A DNA stretch of 63,881 bases, filler included, from Stramenopiles sp. TOSAG23-3 (Eukaryota): NCBI GenBank assembly GCA_900128585.1. It is 7 parts of 7 records of this genome, joined end to end, with 100 filler letters (N's around TTAATTAATTAA, not from the genome) between each part and the next. Parts side by side here need not be neighbours in the genome. Positions count along the whole stretch, not along the records: positions 12,128 to 24,119 come from LT642716.1; 6 more parts are not named here. One strand, given 5' to 3'. Shown here piece by piece: positions 12,129-22,453 of the stretch (its first letter is position 1; each line of letters begins with the position of its first letter). The notes beneath the pieces are model-generated. The model did no database searches. It had not been told where the DNA came from and saw only the letters and a list, made by a program, of their open reading frames with translations. The position numbers and the translations under genes were made by a program.

Positions 12129-14210
12129 TGGGCCGACGAGGGCGGCCGCGGGGACGAGTACGTTGTTGCGGACTACCGGAGCGGCGACGAAGGCGAGGGC
12201 GGGAGCATCTCCTTGCACGGGCTAGAGGACTCCGACGATGAGTTTAACTCTGAACCGGACGAACGGGCCGTTTCCAGCGGCCAGGGCGACTTTGCGAACG
12301 TCAAAATATTGTTCTGCAGTCGCACGCACTCACAAATTTCTCAATTCATAAACGAGCTCAAGAAGACGGAGTTTTCCAGCAAGGTCAAAGTGATCTCGTT
12401 GGGGTCCAGGAAGAACCTCTGCATAAACGAAACCCTGAAGAAAAGGGCCAAGCAGACCACCCGTTTGAACGACTGCTGCATCGACTTGCAGAAAAATTCA
12501 AAGAAGGAGAAACGGTGTGTTTACTACGACAAGGAACTTCACAGATCGTTCGCCAGCCTGGCCCTCTCAAAGGTCCACGACATCGAGGATTTGGTGACCC
12601 TGGGGCGGCGGTCGCGGTCTTGCCCGTACTACGGTTCTCGGGAAGGGGTGGAAGGCGCAGACATCGTCACAATGCCTTACTCAATGCTACTGCACAAGAA
12701 GACCCGCGAGTCCCTAGGGGTGGACTTGAAGGACCACATAGTCGTCTTGGACGAGGCGCACAACGTCGTTGACAGCATCAACCAGCTCTACTCCTGTATT
12801 CTTGCGAAGGGCCACATCGCCGCCTCCCGCGAACACTTGAGAAGGTACAGGGACCGGTACGAGAGGCGGTTGAACGCAAAGAACCTCTCGTACATAAACC
12901 AGATTTTGACGGTCTTGAGCTGCTTGAATTCGTACTTGAGTACGCTCCAGAGCAGTGCGAGACCGGCGCATGGGGTTGGGACCGCGAACGGCTACGATCA
13001 GATTTTTACAATCAACGATTTTCTCAGCTCGGTGGGGATTGACGACATGAACATGATCAAGTTGAACAAGTACCTGGACCGAAGCAATTTGTGCAACAAG
13101 TTGCACGGTTTTGTAGAGAAAAAGGCCGCGCCGGCGCTGCCCGAAGGCAGCAGCCCTGCAAAGGAGAGCGCCGGTGCGGACATTTCGAAGCACATGTCGC
13201 CCTTGTCAATTGTACAGACGTTTTTGTCCGCTCTGCTGAATTCTGACAGTGACGGACGAGTGCGCATTCAGAAAACTTCGGACGGGGCAGTATACCTGAA
13301 GTACATCATGCTAAACCCGGCCATTCATTTCAAGAGCATTGTGAAGAACGCCCGAAGCATTGTGCTTGCAGGCGGAACGATGCAGCCCATATCTGGCGTG
13401 ATCAGGGACTTGTTGGCGGTCCGACCGTCCGACGTCGACCTGTTCTCCTGTGGTCATGTCGTACCGTCCGAGAACCTTTTGACCATGATCATGGACAAGG
13501 GCCCCAACGGCAGGCCATTCAGTTTCACCTACTCGGACCGGCAGCTGCCGTCCCAAATGCACGAGCTTGGAAGTTTGGTCGCCCAACTCTGCGCGACAGT
13601 GCCGAAAGGGCTGGTGGTGTTCTTTCCCTCGTACGTCTACCAGGAAAAAGTAATGAATCACTGGAAGCGGGTAGGGCTGATGGCAAGCATTGCCGGGAGA
13701 AAGTCGGTCTTTTTGGAGCCCCGGGAGTCGAGCAACGTGGATAGCACCCTTCGAGCGTACCAAAAGTGTATATCTGCGGAGGGGAACCACGGCGCAATAA
13801 TATTCTGCGTGGTCAATGGAAAAATGTCGGAAGGCATTAACTTTGGCGACGACATGGCCCGCGCGGTGGTAATGATTGGCCTCCCCTTTGCGAACGCCAG
13901 CGATTGTGAGCTGAAGGAGAAGATGAATTTTTTGGAACAAAAGCATCGTGACCCGAGCGTTGGTAAAGAGTATTACGAGGACTTGTGCATGAAGGCTGTC
14001 AACCAGTCCATTGGTCGCGCAATACGGCACATTAACGACTACGCCGCGATTCTACTTGTCGACGGGCGATACAAACGGAAGGGCATCCGGGACAAGCTGC
14101 CGAAGTGGATGGTGACCGAATTGCACGTCCCAGACACGTACGGCCGAAGCATTGGTCTGTTAAATCAATTTTACAAGAGGAAGATGATGGTGACGGGGCG
14201 GGAGGAGTGA
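12129..14210 (+). CDS. DDX11: DDX11/Chl1-like Fe-S DEAH DNA helicase, 5'-partial
   Basis: FCSRTHSQISQF, LGSRKNLCIN, Fe-S cysteines through to CPYY, VLDEAHN, LAGGTMQP, FFPSY, GKMSEGINF, AVNQSIGRAIRH. The in-frame stretch DEYVVADYRSGDE from 12129 resembles the DDX11 EYE motif region. Confidence 0.93.
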   Translation, partial: WADEGGRGDEYVVADYRSGDEGEGGSISLHGLEDSDDEFNSEPDERAVSSGQGDFANVKILFCSRTHSQISQFINELKKTEFSSKVKVISLGSRKNLCINETLKKRAKQTTRLNDCCIDLQKNSKKEKRCVYYDKELHRSFASLALSKVHDIEDLVTLGRRSRSCPYYGSREGVEGADIVTMPYSMLLHKKTRESLGVDLKDHIVVLDEAHNVVDSINQLYSCILAKGHIAASREHLRRYRDRYERRLNAKNLSYINQILTVLSCLNSYLSTLQSSARPAHGVGTANGYDQIFTINDFLSSVGIDDMNMIKLNKYLDRSNLCNKLHGFVEKKAAPALPEGSSPAKESAGADISKHMSPLSIVQTFLSALLNSDSDGRVRIQKTSDGAVYLKYIMLNPAIHFKSIVKNARSIVLAGGTMQPISGVIRDLLAVRPSDVDLFSCGHVVPSENLLTMIMDKGPNGRPFSFTYSDRQLPSQMHELGSLVAQLCATVPKGLVVFFPSYVYQEKVMNHWKRVGLMASIAGRKSVFLEPRESSNVDSTLRAYQKCISAEGNHGAIIFCVVNGKMSEGINFGDDMARAVVMIGLPFANASDCELKEKMNFLEQKHRDPSVGKEYYEDLCMKAVNQSIGRAIRHINDYAAILLVDGRYKRKGIRDKLPKWMVTELHVPDTYGRSIGLLNQFYKRKMMVTGREE

Positions 14211-14901
14211 GAATGAAACAGTGTATAATCAAACCCCCAAAATGAAAATAAAAAAACAAAAAAACCCCAACAAATACTGTGATATTATACTACCAACTAC
14301 AGAATAAAATAAATTAACACACCGGAGGCGGTCGATCCCCGCGGCTAAAAATATCAGGGCGTGGGCCGGCAAAATTTTACCGGTGTACATTATTATTAGT
14401 CTAGTATTTTAAATAGTACTACAAGATTATCTCTTCTTCCTTTCTAGTCTAGTCTATTAAATAATTCGGCTATAATAATACCGGTAGATACGAGGCGACA
14501 AGTATTAATTTTATTAAATATCTTTTATTAAATCTTCTTGGTGGTGGGTGGTGGGTGATGGGATGAGCTTTAAAAAAATAATAGAGGAGTATAATTTAGA
14601 AGATGAGGAAAAAAGACGTACTACAGGTATTTATATTAGACTATACACGTAGTACAAAAAACAACCGAGTACGAACCGAGAACCGAAGAACACAACCGAA
14701 GAAAAACGAAGAAAAATGGAAACTCCTCTCCTCCAACTACTTTTATTATTATATTAACCGGAACTCTGACCTTTTACTAACCATTTTGTTATACGATTTA
14801 TATATCAAGTTGCACAGAAATGAAAGTCAAGCGAGGGTCGGTGGCTAACAGGAGGTGTATCCCACACACAGTACTTAAATTAGTCTTTTTATCTCAAAGA
14901 A

Positions 14902-15933
14902 ATGGCCGCTCGAATCCTTCCTTCTATTCCGTCGGAACCGCGATATGAGAAGAAGTTTGTCAACGTCCTTGGCAAACGGATGGCTTACGTGGAGTATACA
15001 ACGTTATCGGGTAGTACGGATACACAGGATACAATTGTCTTTGTCCATGGGAATCCGACCTCTTCCTACATGTGGCGAAATGTGATGCCTCATTGCGAAG
15101 AGCTTAAAGGGCTCGATGGGGGGAATGTTCGCCTCATCGCCCCAGACCTCATCGGGATGGGAGCTTCGGAGAAGCTCGATAATGTTGACGATCCTCATAG
15201 GTATTCGTTGAAAGAGCAGAGCAGGTATTTCTCAGCGTTTTTAGAAGCGGTAAACGTGCGGAAACGCGTGACCATGGTAGCACACTCCTGGGGAGGTACA
15301 CTGGCAGCGCACTGGGGTAGCCAGCAAAACCAAAGAGAAAATTCGGAGGCAGTGCGCGCCCTGGTGATTCTAGAGGTTGTTTACGTGCCTTTCCCGTCCT
15401 GGGAGCATGTGCCGAAGAAAATCCGTGGCGGTGTGAAACTGATGCTAAGGCCCCCTATTAAAGTGTGTTTTGGATGCTGCGGATCATTCGACCTCGGTGC
15501 CTTTCTAATCATGAAGAAAAACATGATGCTCGAGTCCATGTCTGATCGTGTGAACCGCGCAGACTTTGGAGAGGCGGAGATGATGCACTACCGGCAGGGG
15601 TTCGAAAAGTCACACTCTCAGGGAATTGAGTCCCGGCGCCCAATCCTCTCCTTCGTGCGCTCCATTCCCGTAGCGGGAAAACCCCCTGAGGTCGTTGAGA
15701 TAATGGATTCAGGGAGGGGATGGCTAGAGTCAAGCAGCACTCTTCCAATACTTTTTTTCAGCGTCCAGCCTGGGGTATTGAAGCAGGGGGACAGGGATTT
15801 CATCCGGGGGTTGGGGGAGAATGTGACGGAGATTGAGGTGGAGGGCGGGCATATGGTGACGGAGGACAGTCCAGATGATGTTGGGAGTGGTATTGCGAAA
15901 TGGTTTCGGGAAAAAGTAGCAGTAGAGCAGTGA
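14902..15933 (+). CDS. Haloalkane dehalogenase/Renilla-luciferase-like alpha/beta hydrolase with a Ser nucleophile
   Basis: VHGNPTSSYMWRNVMPH, APDLIGMGASEK, AHSWGG, ILEVV, RRPILSFVRSIPVAGKP and GGHMVTEDSPDDVG match the DhaA/LinB (HLD-II) pattern except at the nucleophile. Confidence 0.85.
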   Translation: MAARILPSIPSEPRYEKKFVNVLGKRMAYVEYTTLSGSTDTQDTIVFVHGNPTSSYMWRNVMPHCEELKGLDGGNVRLIAPDLIGMGASEKLDNVDDPHRYSLKEQSRYFSAFLEAVNVRKRVTMVAHSWGGTLAAHWGSQQNQRENSEAVRALVILEVVYVPFPSWEHVPKKIRGGVKLMLRPPIKVCFGCCGSFDLGAFLIMKKNMMLESMSDRVNRADFGEAEMMHYRQGFEKSHSQGIESRRPILSFVRSIPVAGKPPEVVEIMDSGRGWLESSSTLPILFFSVQPGVLKQGDRDFIRGLGENVTEIEVEGGHMVTEDSPDDVGSGIAKWFREKVAVEQ

Positions 15934-16433
15934 ACGATCCCCTCTTCAGAATAATTTAACTAAGAGGTTTGGGTACTCATCATATTATAACTACACCTCT
16001 TAATTATACTTCGTAGCATTTTTGTCGATGTATATTATATTTTAAATAATAATAATATGGAAGAAAAAAAAACTAAAAAAAAAAAAAAAAACGCGCAAAA
16101 ATCTTCTTTTTTTTTTTTGTGTGTTGTTGAGAAGGTCACATCATGGAGGAAGGAGGAGACACTTCTACCGTACCGTTGTCAATTCGCTGACGACTACTGC
16201 TGCTGTCTGTTGTTGTATTTAATAGACGACTGACTAGTTAATATATCCGTCCGTCCTACTACCTCCTTCTTTGTCGACAATTGTTATTACTTTACCGGAC
16301 CGGTACTTTGTTGCTTCGCGATACTACACACTCATAATAATTTAAGATCGAACAAAAGGTCAATGATGTCATGGACCGTCAGTTTCTCAGGTTTTTTTGC
16401 AGCAGCTGACGAAACGGCAGGCGCTTCGTTAAA

Positions 16434-18203
16434 ATGGCGACAAGTCCACCACCACCAGTGCTGCTCGATGTTGTTTGTATACCCCCGCTTTGGCCGATTT
16501 TAGACTGGCCTTCAATATTAAACCTTAGTTTGACATGCCGAGACTTTAAACATGTTGTAGACTCGCTGCTTTTGAGCCACTTAACAGTGAGGGGTGTCAA
16601 ATCACGGAAGGCACTTGCTGCTGTATGCGCAGCATACCACTTGGGTGGACACTGTGTACCATTTGTTGTCAGTGGCTCACCCAACTTGTTGGCAATTGAT
16701 TACCACGTGCAGATGTTTGATAATTGCACTTTCCAAATTGGCGGTCACTGCGAATGGGATGGGTTTGAAGATACATTTCGCTTGTTGTTTCGGGAGGTAA
16801 AGTACCCTTCAACAGAGGCGGGCGCGGTCGCTACACCAGAATCTATTGGCGCTCTGTTCCGTCGTTTTTTGAACCCTCTCTACGACGAAAGCCGTCTGCT
16901 GTCTCCGGCATCACTGGGGCTTATTGGGCATTTATTGCCGGATGATTGCTACGTTGCACGATGGTGTCAGTTAAGTGTGTTTGGAAGCAAAGATAAAGCA
17001 CATTTCGATGATGCCATGGACAAAATTTTGAGCCCAGGACATCACGAAAAATCTGAGGCGCGGTATTACCACCAAGGTTGCACGAATTCTGCACCGCTTT
17101 TGTATTGCCCACGGGCACCCCTTCCCGATTCGTTGACACGAAACGACGTCATAAAATGGGCCCAGAACGAGTGCGAAGAAGCGTGGTATACACCATGGCA
17201 GCATTGTCCTCGGTCGGACACTTCCCAACAGTTTGAAGAGGAGATGGTGGCCAAGTACGGCCAGTTAGCGAGACCATGTTATTCTGCTTACCTGGCCAAC
17301 CAAAATTGTGAACCCACAAGTGCGACCCCTTTTTTGACGCCTTTGCAAAGTTTTGCGGAGAGGTCGTACCATTGGCCAAACATGCACCCGCTTTTGCCGA
17401 CGCAACCTTCACAAAAGCTAAACGAGGCAACCGTGTTGGCGTACATGGATTTGCTGCAAAAAGCAAGCGCCCAGCACGAACGCCCGACCGTTCTTTTGCT
17501 TGAAGTGAAAGCGCACAAACACCAGGAGACGTATTTTTTCGTACTCGATGGGCACCATAAACTGGAGGCTTTGCAGCGCCTGAAGTCAACGGTAGGTTTG
17601 AAAAACCCACGAATCAATTTTTTGATCGTTTCACGCTTCGTGAAACCTGAATTGGATTGGATTGCAACTGATCAGCACTTTTACGACGATTTCAGCGGTA
17701 TCAAAGAGCACAGGGGGGGACGGCACTTACTCGTTGCCGCCCGCGCCGCCGTCGAGTACGACGCAGCTTTGCGAACTATTCACGGTTGTTTTCAGGTGGC
17801 AAGTGTAGTTAGAAAACTTGTTGCTGATGTAAGAAGGGTGGAGCAGGAACGGATCAAAGAGCTTCGCAATGAAAAGCTCGCGATAGTAGAAGAAATAGTA
17901 TCCTTGCGCACGGGCCTGCGGGCGAATGGCCTTGCAAAATCCTTGCCGCGCGTGGAATGGAAGAGGAACAAAATATTGGATGCCAAACCAAAGTGGACGG
18001 GGACTAATTGGAAGGAGATTAATGAGCCCAGATGGCATGACCTAACATTGACGGAATTACAAAAACTGCGCAATGGGTTAAGGGAAATTTGTACATCGAA
18101 CGAATTGGGGGGGTTATTCCTCAAGTTTGCAGAGCCAGACTGGAAGCTACCGGAATTGCAAGGTTCGTTAAATATATTCGGTGGTGATGCGGATGATTAC
18201 TAG
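16434..18203 (+). CDS. Uncharacterised protein: N-terminal F-box-like motif + ParB/sulfiredoxin-like domain + coiled coil
   Basis: 589-aa ORF with AAAATG start context. F-box-like LLDVVCIPPLWPILDWPSILNLSLTCRDF; ParB/Srx-like LLPTQ...RPTVLLL...FFVLDGHHKLEAL. Domain calls are by eye. Confidence 0.7.
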   Translation: MATSPPPPVLLDVVCIPPLWPILDWPSILNLSLTCRDFKHVVDSLLLSHLTVRGVKSRKALAAVCAAYHLGGHCVPFVVSGSPNLLAIDYHVQMFDNCTFQIGGHCEWDGFEDTFRLLFREVKYPSTEAGAVATPESIGALFRRFLNPLYDESRLLSPASLGLIGHLLPDDCYVARWCQLSVFGSKDKAHFDDAMDKILSPGHHEKSEARYYHQGCTNSAPLLYCPRAPLPDSLTRNDVIKWAQNECEEAWYTPWQHCPRSDTSQQFEEEMVAKYGQLARPCYSAYLANQNCEPTSATPFLTPLQSFAERSYHWPNMHPLLPTQPSQKLNEATVLAYMDLLQKASAQHERPTVLLLEVKAHKHQETYFFVLDGHHKLEALQRLKSTVGLKNPRINFLIVSRFVKPELDWIATDQHFYDDFSGIKEHRGGRHLLVAARAAVEYDAALRTIHGCFQVASVVRKLVADVRRVEQERIKELRNEKLAIVEEIVSLRTGLRANGLAKSLPRVEWKRNKILDAKPKWTGTNWKEINEPRWHDLTLTELQKLRNGLREICTSNELGGLFLKFAEPDWKLPELQGSLNIFGGDADDY

Positions 18204-18662
18204 CACATCGAGTATAACCCGGTGGCACAATTTTGTGAAAATTCCAAGTTCAATTTGGTTACGCAAGATGTTACAATAATATATGAAACCAAACAGTCCA
18301 CAGTTTACACAAAGGAAACACAAAGGAAACACAAAGGAAAAAACTAAATTCAATAATAAATTTAACTTCATTTTTAACAAATGGGACAAGAGCATAGAAA
18401 ACCTTAATAAACTCCTCGTAGTAATAAAGGTGCAACGAGCGTTCGAGTGTACCAATATTTATTATTAATTACGAGGCCTGTCCATTAATAGCTGTAATAG
18501 GGAGATATAGTTAAAAAATATACAGGACGATTTTTTAAAATAGTTTTGTTTCATATATTCTTTACTCGAAATGTAGATAGTATATAGTATAGTGTGTAAT
18601 AATTAAAAATAATCATAATATTTAAAAAGTATTCTATTCATATGTATATCAACTCTTTCTTT

Positions 18663-18860
18663 CTTTGTTTGTTTGTTTGTTTGTTTGTTTGTTTGTTTGT
18701 TTCTTTGTTTGTTTGTTTGTTTGTTTGTTTGTTTGTTTGTTTGTTTGTTTGTTTGTTTGTTTGTTTGTTTGTTTGTTTCTTTGTTTGTTCTTTGTTTGTT
18801 TCTTTGTTTCTTTGTTTGTTTGTTTCTTTGTTTGTTTGTTTGTTTCTTTCTTTCTTTCTT
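18663..18860. repeat. (GTTT)n / (CTTT)n tetranucleotide microsatellite, about 200 nt
   Basis: Directly visible tandem TTTG array with interspersed TTTC units. Confidence 0.95.
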
Positions 18861-19349
18861 TCTCGTCTTCATAGACGACGACTATCCTAGTAAATTAAGG
18901 ATATTCTATAATTTGTAGGTATTGTTTGATATTTTTTATAATACAATTCCTTACACTATTTAAAAATAAATATGGCCGTTGTTAAAATTTAAAATATTTC
19001 GTTAGAAAACAATATCCCTGTATAATAAATACAAGAATACAAAAGATTATACTTTTAAAAAAATGTGATTTATTTTTTGTCGTGTAACGCCAATAAATCT
19101 AAATTTCTACATCATTTCATATGCTACATTGTAATAACAATGTTATAGGAAACTTATTATAAAAAATGAACAATATTATACACGGTCTCTTTCACACACA
19201 TGTTACGTTCCTTTTCCGTGAAAAAGAGAAGAATCAACCACAAGGATAAAATAGTAAATACCGTGGTGTTAAACGAGGAAACGAAAATCAGCGTGTACCA
19301 AACGCAGCAATCTTATCAACCAACAACAACAATCTAAGCAAGATCAAAA

Positions 19350-20495
19350 ATGTTTGCCGGATCGCTTGGTGAGGAGCAAGAACGTGCCGCCCAACGGCGC
19401 ATCCTGGAGCGCAGAAAGCGGGACGAGGAGCGCCGGCTTCGCGTCTTGAATGCAAAGCAACGTGTCATGGGCGTGGACAGAAATGGGATCGAGGCCCAAA
19501 TCAGGGAGAAGCAAGCCAGGAATGCTGCTGAGAAAGCGTCCGATTCGTTGTACAGTAGCACGAACGAAGCCATCCGTAACATTCTAGAAGAGGAACACCT
19601 GCGTCTTCAGGAAGAAACCGCGGCCCGCGAATTTGAGCTCAAGAGCGCCTGGGATATCCAACAGGCGAACAAGAAGCACACCTATTCATACCAGCTAAAC
19701 GACCCAAACGCATTGAAGAAAGATCTTCCAGGACGCGTGGGCGACGATGATCCTAGGTGCGGCACATCGAGCCTTCAGCGGTTCCAAGGCGAGGATTTGC
19801 AACGAGGGGACCGCATTCGTATGCAACAAATGCAGGTCCAAGATTGGACCCAACAAGCATTGGCAAGGAAGCAGCAACAGAATAACCGGGCTGCGGAGGA
19901 GAACAGGGCTTACAACGAGTATTTACAGCAAGTAGACCAGGTGCGTTCAAACTTGGAGACGGCCGAAGCGGAGCACAGGGAACAGCTGAGAATTGAGCTT
20001 GTCAGGGAGAATGACGCCCTCCGGGAGCAGAGACGACTTCGGAATGCGGCCGAGGACGCCGGTCGAAAGAAGTTGGAGGCTGACACCCAAGATTTCTTAC
20101 GGAACAACCCCATGCTTTGTGAGCGCAGAGACCAAGGGATGAGTCGATTCCCAGGACGGTACCGACCGGACCACTGGAAAGGCATGACCGTGTCGCAGTT
20201 GCAGGAGATCCAATCGATACAAAGGCAACAGATTGAGGAAAAAAAGGCCCGTCAAGCGGAAGAGCGTGCGCAGGCTGCCAAGGAAGCAAATTTATCAGAT
20301 ACTATTGTAGACGTACTCCAGCAGCAATACGACAGGGAAGCCCAGGCCGCAGCCGAAAGGCGCCTGGCATACAGCCAGGAATTGCTCGTGCAAGCAAGAG
20401 AAAAGAAGAGGAGAGACGTGGAGCAACGGGAATTGCTTGGCACCAACAAGCTCGGCGATGGGTTTTTCAACCGCTTTGGGGCCAGCTGCCGTTGA
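19350..20495 (+). CDS. RIB43A: RIB43A-like ciliary microtubule inner protein (RIBC family)
   Basis: EERRLRVLNAKQRVMGVD, LNDPNALKKDLPGRVGDDDPRCGTSSLQRFQGEDL, RPDHWKGMT and C-terminal FFNRFGASCR. Confidence 0.92.
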   Translation: MFAGSLGEEQERAAQRRILERRKRDEERRLRVLNAKQRVMGVDRNGIEAQIREKQARNAAEKASDSLYSSTNEAIRNILEEEHLRLQEETAAREFELKSAWDIQQANKKHTYSYQLNDPNALKKDLPGRVGDDDPRCGTSSLQRFQGEDLQRGDRIRMQQMQVQDWTQQALARKQQQNNRAAEENRAYNEYLQQVDQVRSNLETAEAEHREQLRIELVRENDALREQRRLRNAAEDAGRKKLEADTQDFLRNNPMLCERRDQGMSRFPGRYRPDHWKGMTVSQLQEIQSIQRQQIEEKKARQAEERAQAAKEANLSDTIVDVLQQQYDREAQAAAERRLAYSQELLVQAREKKRRDVEQRELLGTNKLGDGFFNRFGASCR

Positions 20496-21026
20496 TGGGA
20501 TGCCGATTATCATAAGTTTGCGTTGTAGAACGACAATAATTCCCACAAACAGCACATATCCTTAATAATATGATGAAAGGGACATACCTAACTTGGCTTA
20601 TTTCGCGTACGAGGAGCTCATGAACCAACGTCAATTTTACTTAGTATAAAATAATTTATCCGACTTTAAGTGATAACAGCCAATTTTGGGTTTTTAAGTG
20701 ATATGAATTTTAGCAGTTTCAAAACTAGATCAGTTCTACAATTGGGATAATCTTGAGAGTCTTCAAACATACAATATATGATATTATCATTAGTTTTTAA
20801 AAAAAATAATTTATCATTACTTAAATATAATTTGTTTTTCATTATACTTAAAATAACAGACAATTTTTTGTTTTTATTATTCCAATAATGTGTATAGAAA
20901 AAAAACCATATTTTACTTAAATAACAGCCAATTTTCTTGTTTTATATAAAGCATTACTCGTATTAGCTACGGTGTAATAATATTATAAAAAAATAAATTT
21001 TTCGTTCCCTTCTTTCCTTTTCCCTT

Positions 21027-21067
21027 CTTTACCTTTACCTTTACCTTTTACCTTTACCTTTACCTTT
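21027..21067. repeat. (TTTACC)n hexanucleotide repeat within a pyrimidine tract
   Basis: About six tandem TTTACC units visible. Confidence 0.8.
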
Positions 21068-21270
21068 CTCCCTTTCTTTCTTTACAAATTACAATTTAAG
21101 TTTATCCACGGAGAATATCTTTTATTGTATGATTAAAGTACTGGAAATAATTAATTCAGATCAATTTAAACCCACTTGTTTTCGGCAGTTGGAATTACAG
21201 AAGAACGTTTAGGGCAGCCCAAATGTGGAAGTAAGTTAACGGCAGTAGAAAAACCGATTTCATCCAGGCA

Positions 21271-22185
21271 ATGAGTGCGTTACGCGAGGGAGTGCAAGGC
21301 TTTAAGTTTATGAAGTGCGGCACATTCGAGGAATTGCTGCGACACGTTAGCGGAAAAGGATCGGTAGAGTTAAAACAAATGTACATGGAGCATGTCTCAG
21401 AAAAAGACAAAATGTTTTGGCTAAAGCATCTGCTTTCTCCGTTATCTCATACATTCGACGATGAGAATTTATGCAAGGGTATGAAAAAGGAACTTCAGTT
21501 GCGGTTCGGTTGCTACCGTAGTAAGCACGGCAAGACACTTGGCAGAAACCTTCGGGAATGCTTCAAGGACCCGGATTTTATTGGCTTCATGTGGGCGCAG
21601 ACGCTTCCCCAAGCGAAGAAAGATGACGGGGAATGTTTGGTGACGCTCTTGAAAGATGCACCAATCCAGCCTTTTTTTCCGTCCGCGCACAGAATTCTAC
21701 TGACAGCGAATAAACTCATTCGTTTGGAAGTAACGGAAAAAATATTAAGTATTTGTAACCCTGGCCTGTTTTTGCTGAACGAGGACGGGAGGTGCCGTGC
21801 CAGATTCTTTGTCTGCAGAGGTGCAGCAAACGTTCTTCTTGGACAGCGCTCCGACGATGGCGGTGCAATAAAGTACACGTTTGATGCTCATGAACTCCCC
21901 CAAAGTTTGGCCGACCTTGTTTTTAGGCTGCTCCTCGCCAGTAAGAAGCAGTCAAAAATAATCTCTTCCGCAGTTCAGGACATATCTAGTTGGGAATGGG
22001 AAAACGAATGTACCGAACACCAACTAGAAGTAACGGAGATCCCGCTACATAAGACAGAAGAAGCATGTTGCACAAAGATGTCCAATCAACCAAAGAGGGG
22101 CAAAGGAAAAAACCGCTGGAATTCTCTGCATCACATTGTTGCAAAGAAACCGTCCAATAGAACTATGATAAGTGAAAATGATTGA
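21271..22185 (+). CDS. Hypothetical protein (304 aa); start may lie upstream at 21223
   Basis: Long ORF with coding-like GC between AT-rich spacers; no motif recognised. Confidence 0.7.
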   Translation: MSALREGVQGFKFMKCGTFEELLRHVSGKGSVELKQMYMEHVSEKDKMFWLKHLLSPLSHTFDDENLCKGMKKELQLRFGCYRSKHGKTLGRNLRECFKDPDFIGFMWAQTLPQAKKDDGECLVTLLKDAPIQPFFPSAHRILLTANKLIRLEVTEKILSICNPGLFLLNEDGRCRARFFVCRGAANVLLGQRSDDGGAIKYTFDAHELPQSLADLVFRLLLASKKQSKIISSAVQDISSWEWENECTEHQLEVTEIPLHKTEEACCTKMSNQPKRGKGKNRWNSLHHIVAKKPSNRTMISEND

Positions 22186-22453
22186 AATATCTTTCGTAAA
22201 TATTTAAAAACAAACACAGCGAATGTGAATCTGCTCCTTCTGTCCATTAAAGGTTTACTTTCCTTCATGTACTACTTAGCTCTGCTCCTGTGATATATAT
22301 AAAAATCAATTTACTCTTGTCACTTAGTCTAGACTATAAACGAAAATGTACTGTAATACTTACGTAATTACAAATGTAAAAATATACCGCAATATACAAA
22401 ATAACAAATATAATTTATTCACCCACAAGGTAGTGCACGCCACGCCGTTTCAA

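Noticed and set aside
18603..18918. ORFs such as FVCLFVCL... and KQTNKQTN...
   Set aside because: They are translations of the (GTTT)n microsatellite. The same applies to the ORFs over 46898-47178 and 32274-32636.
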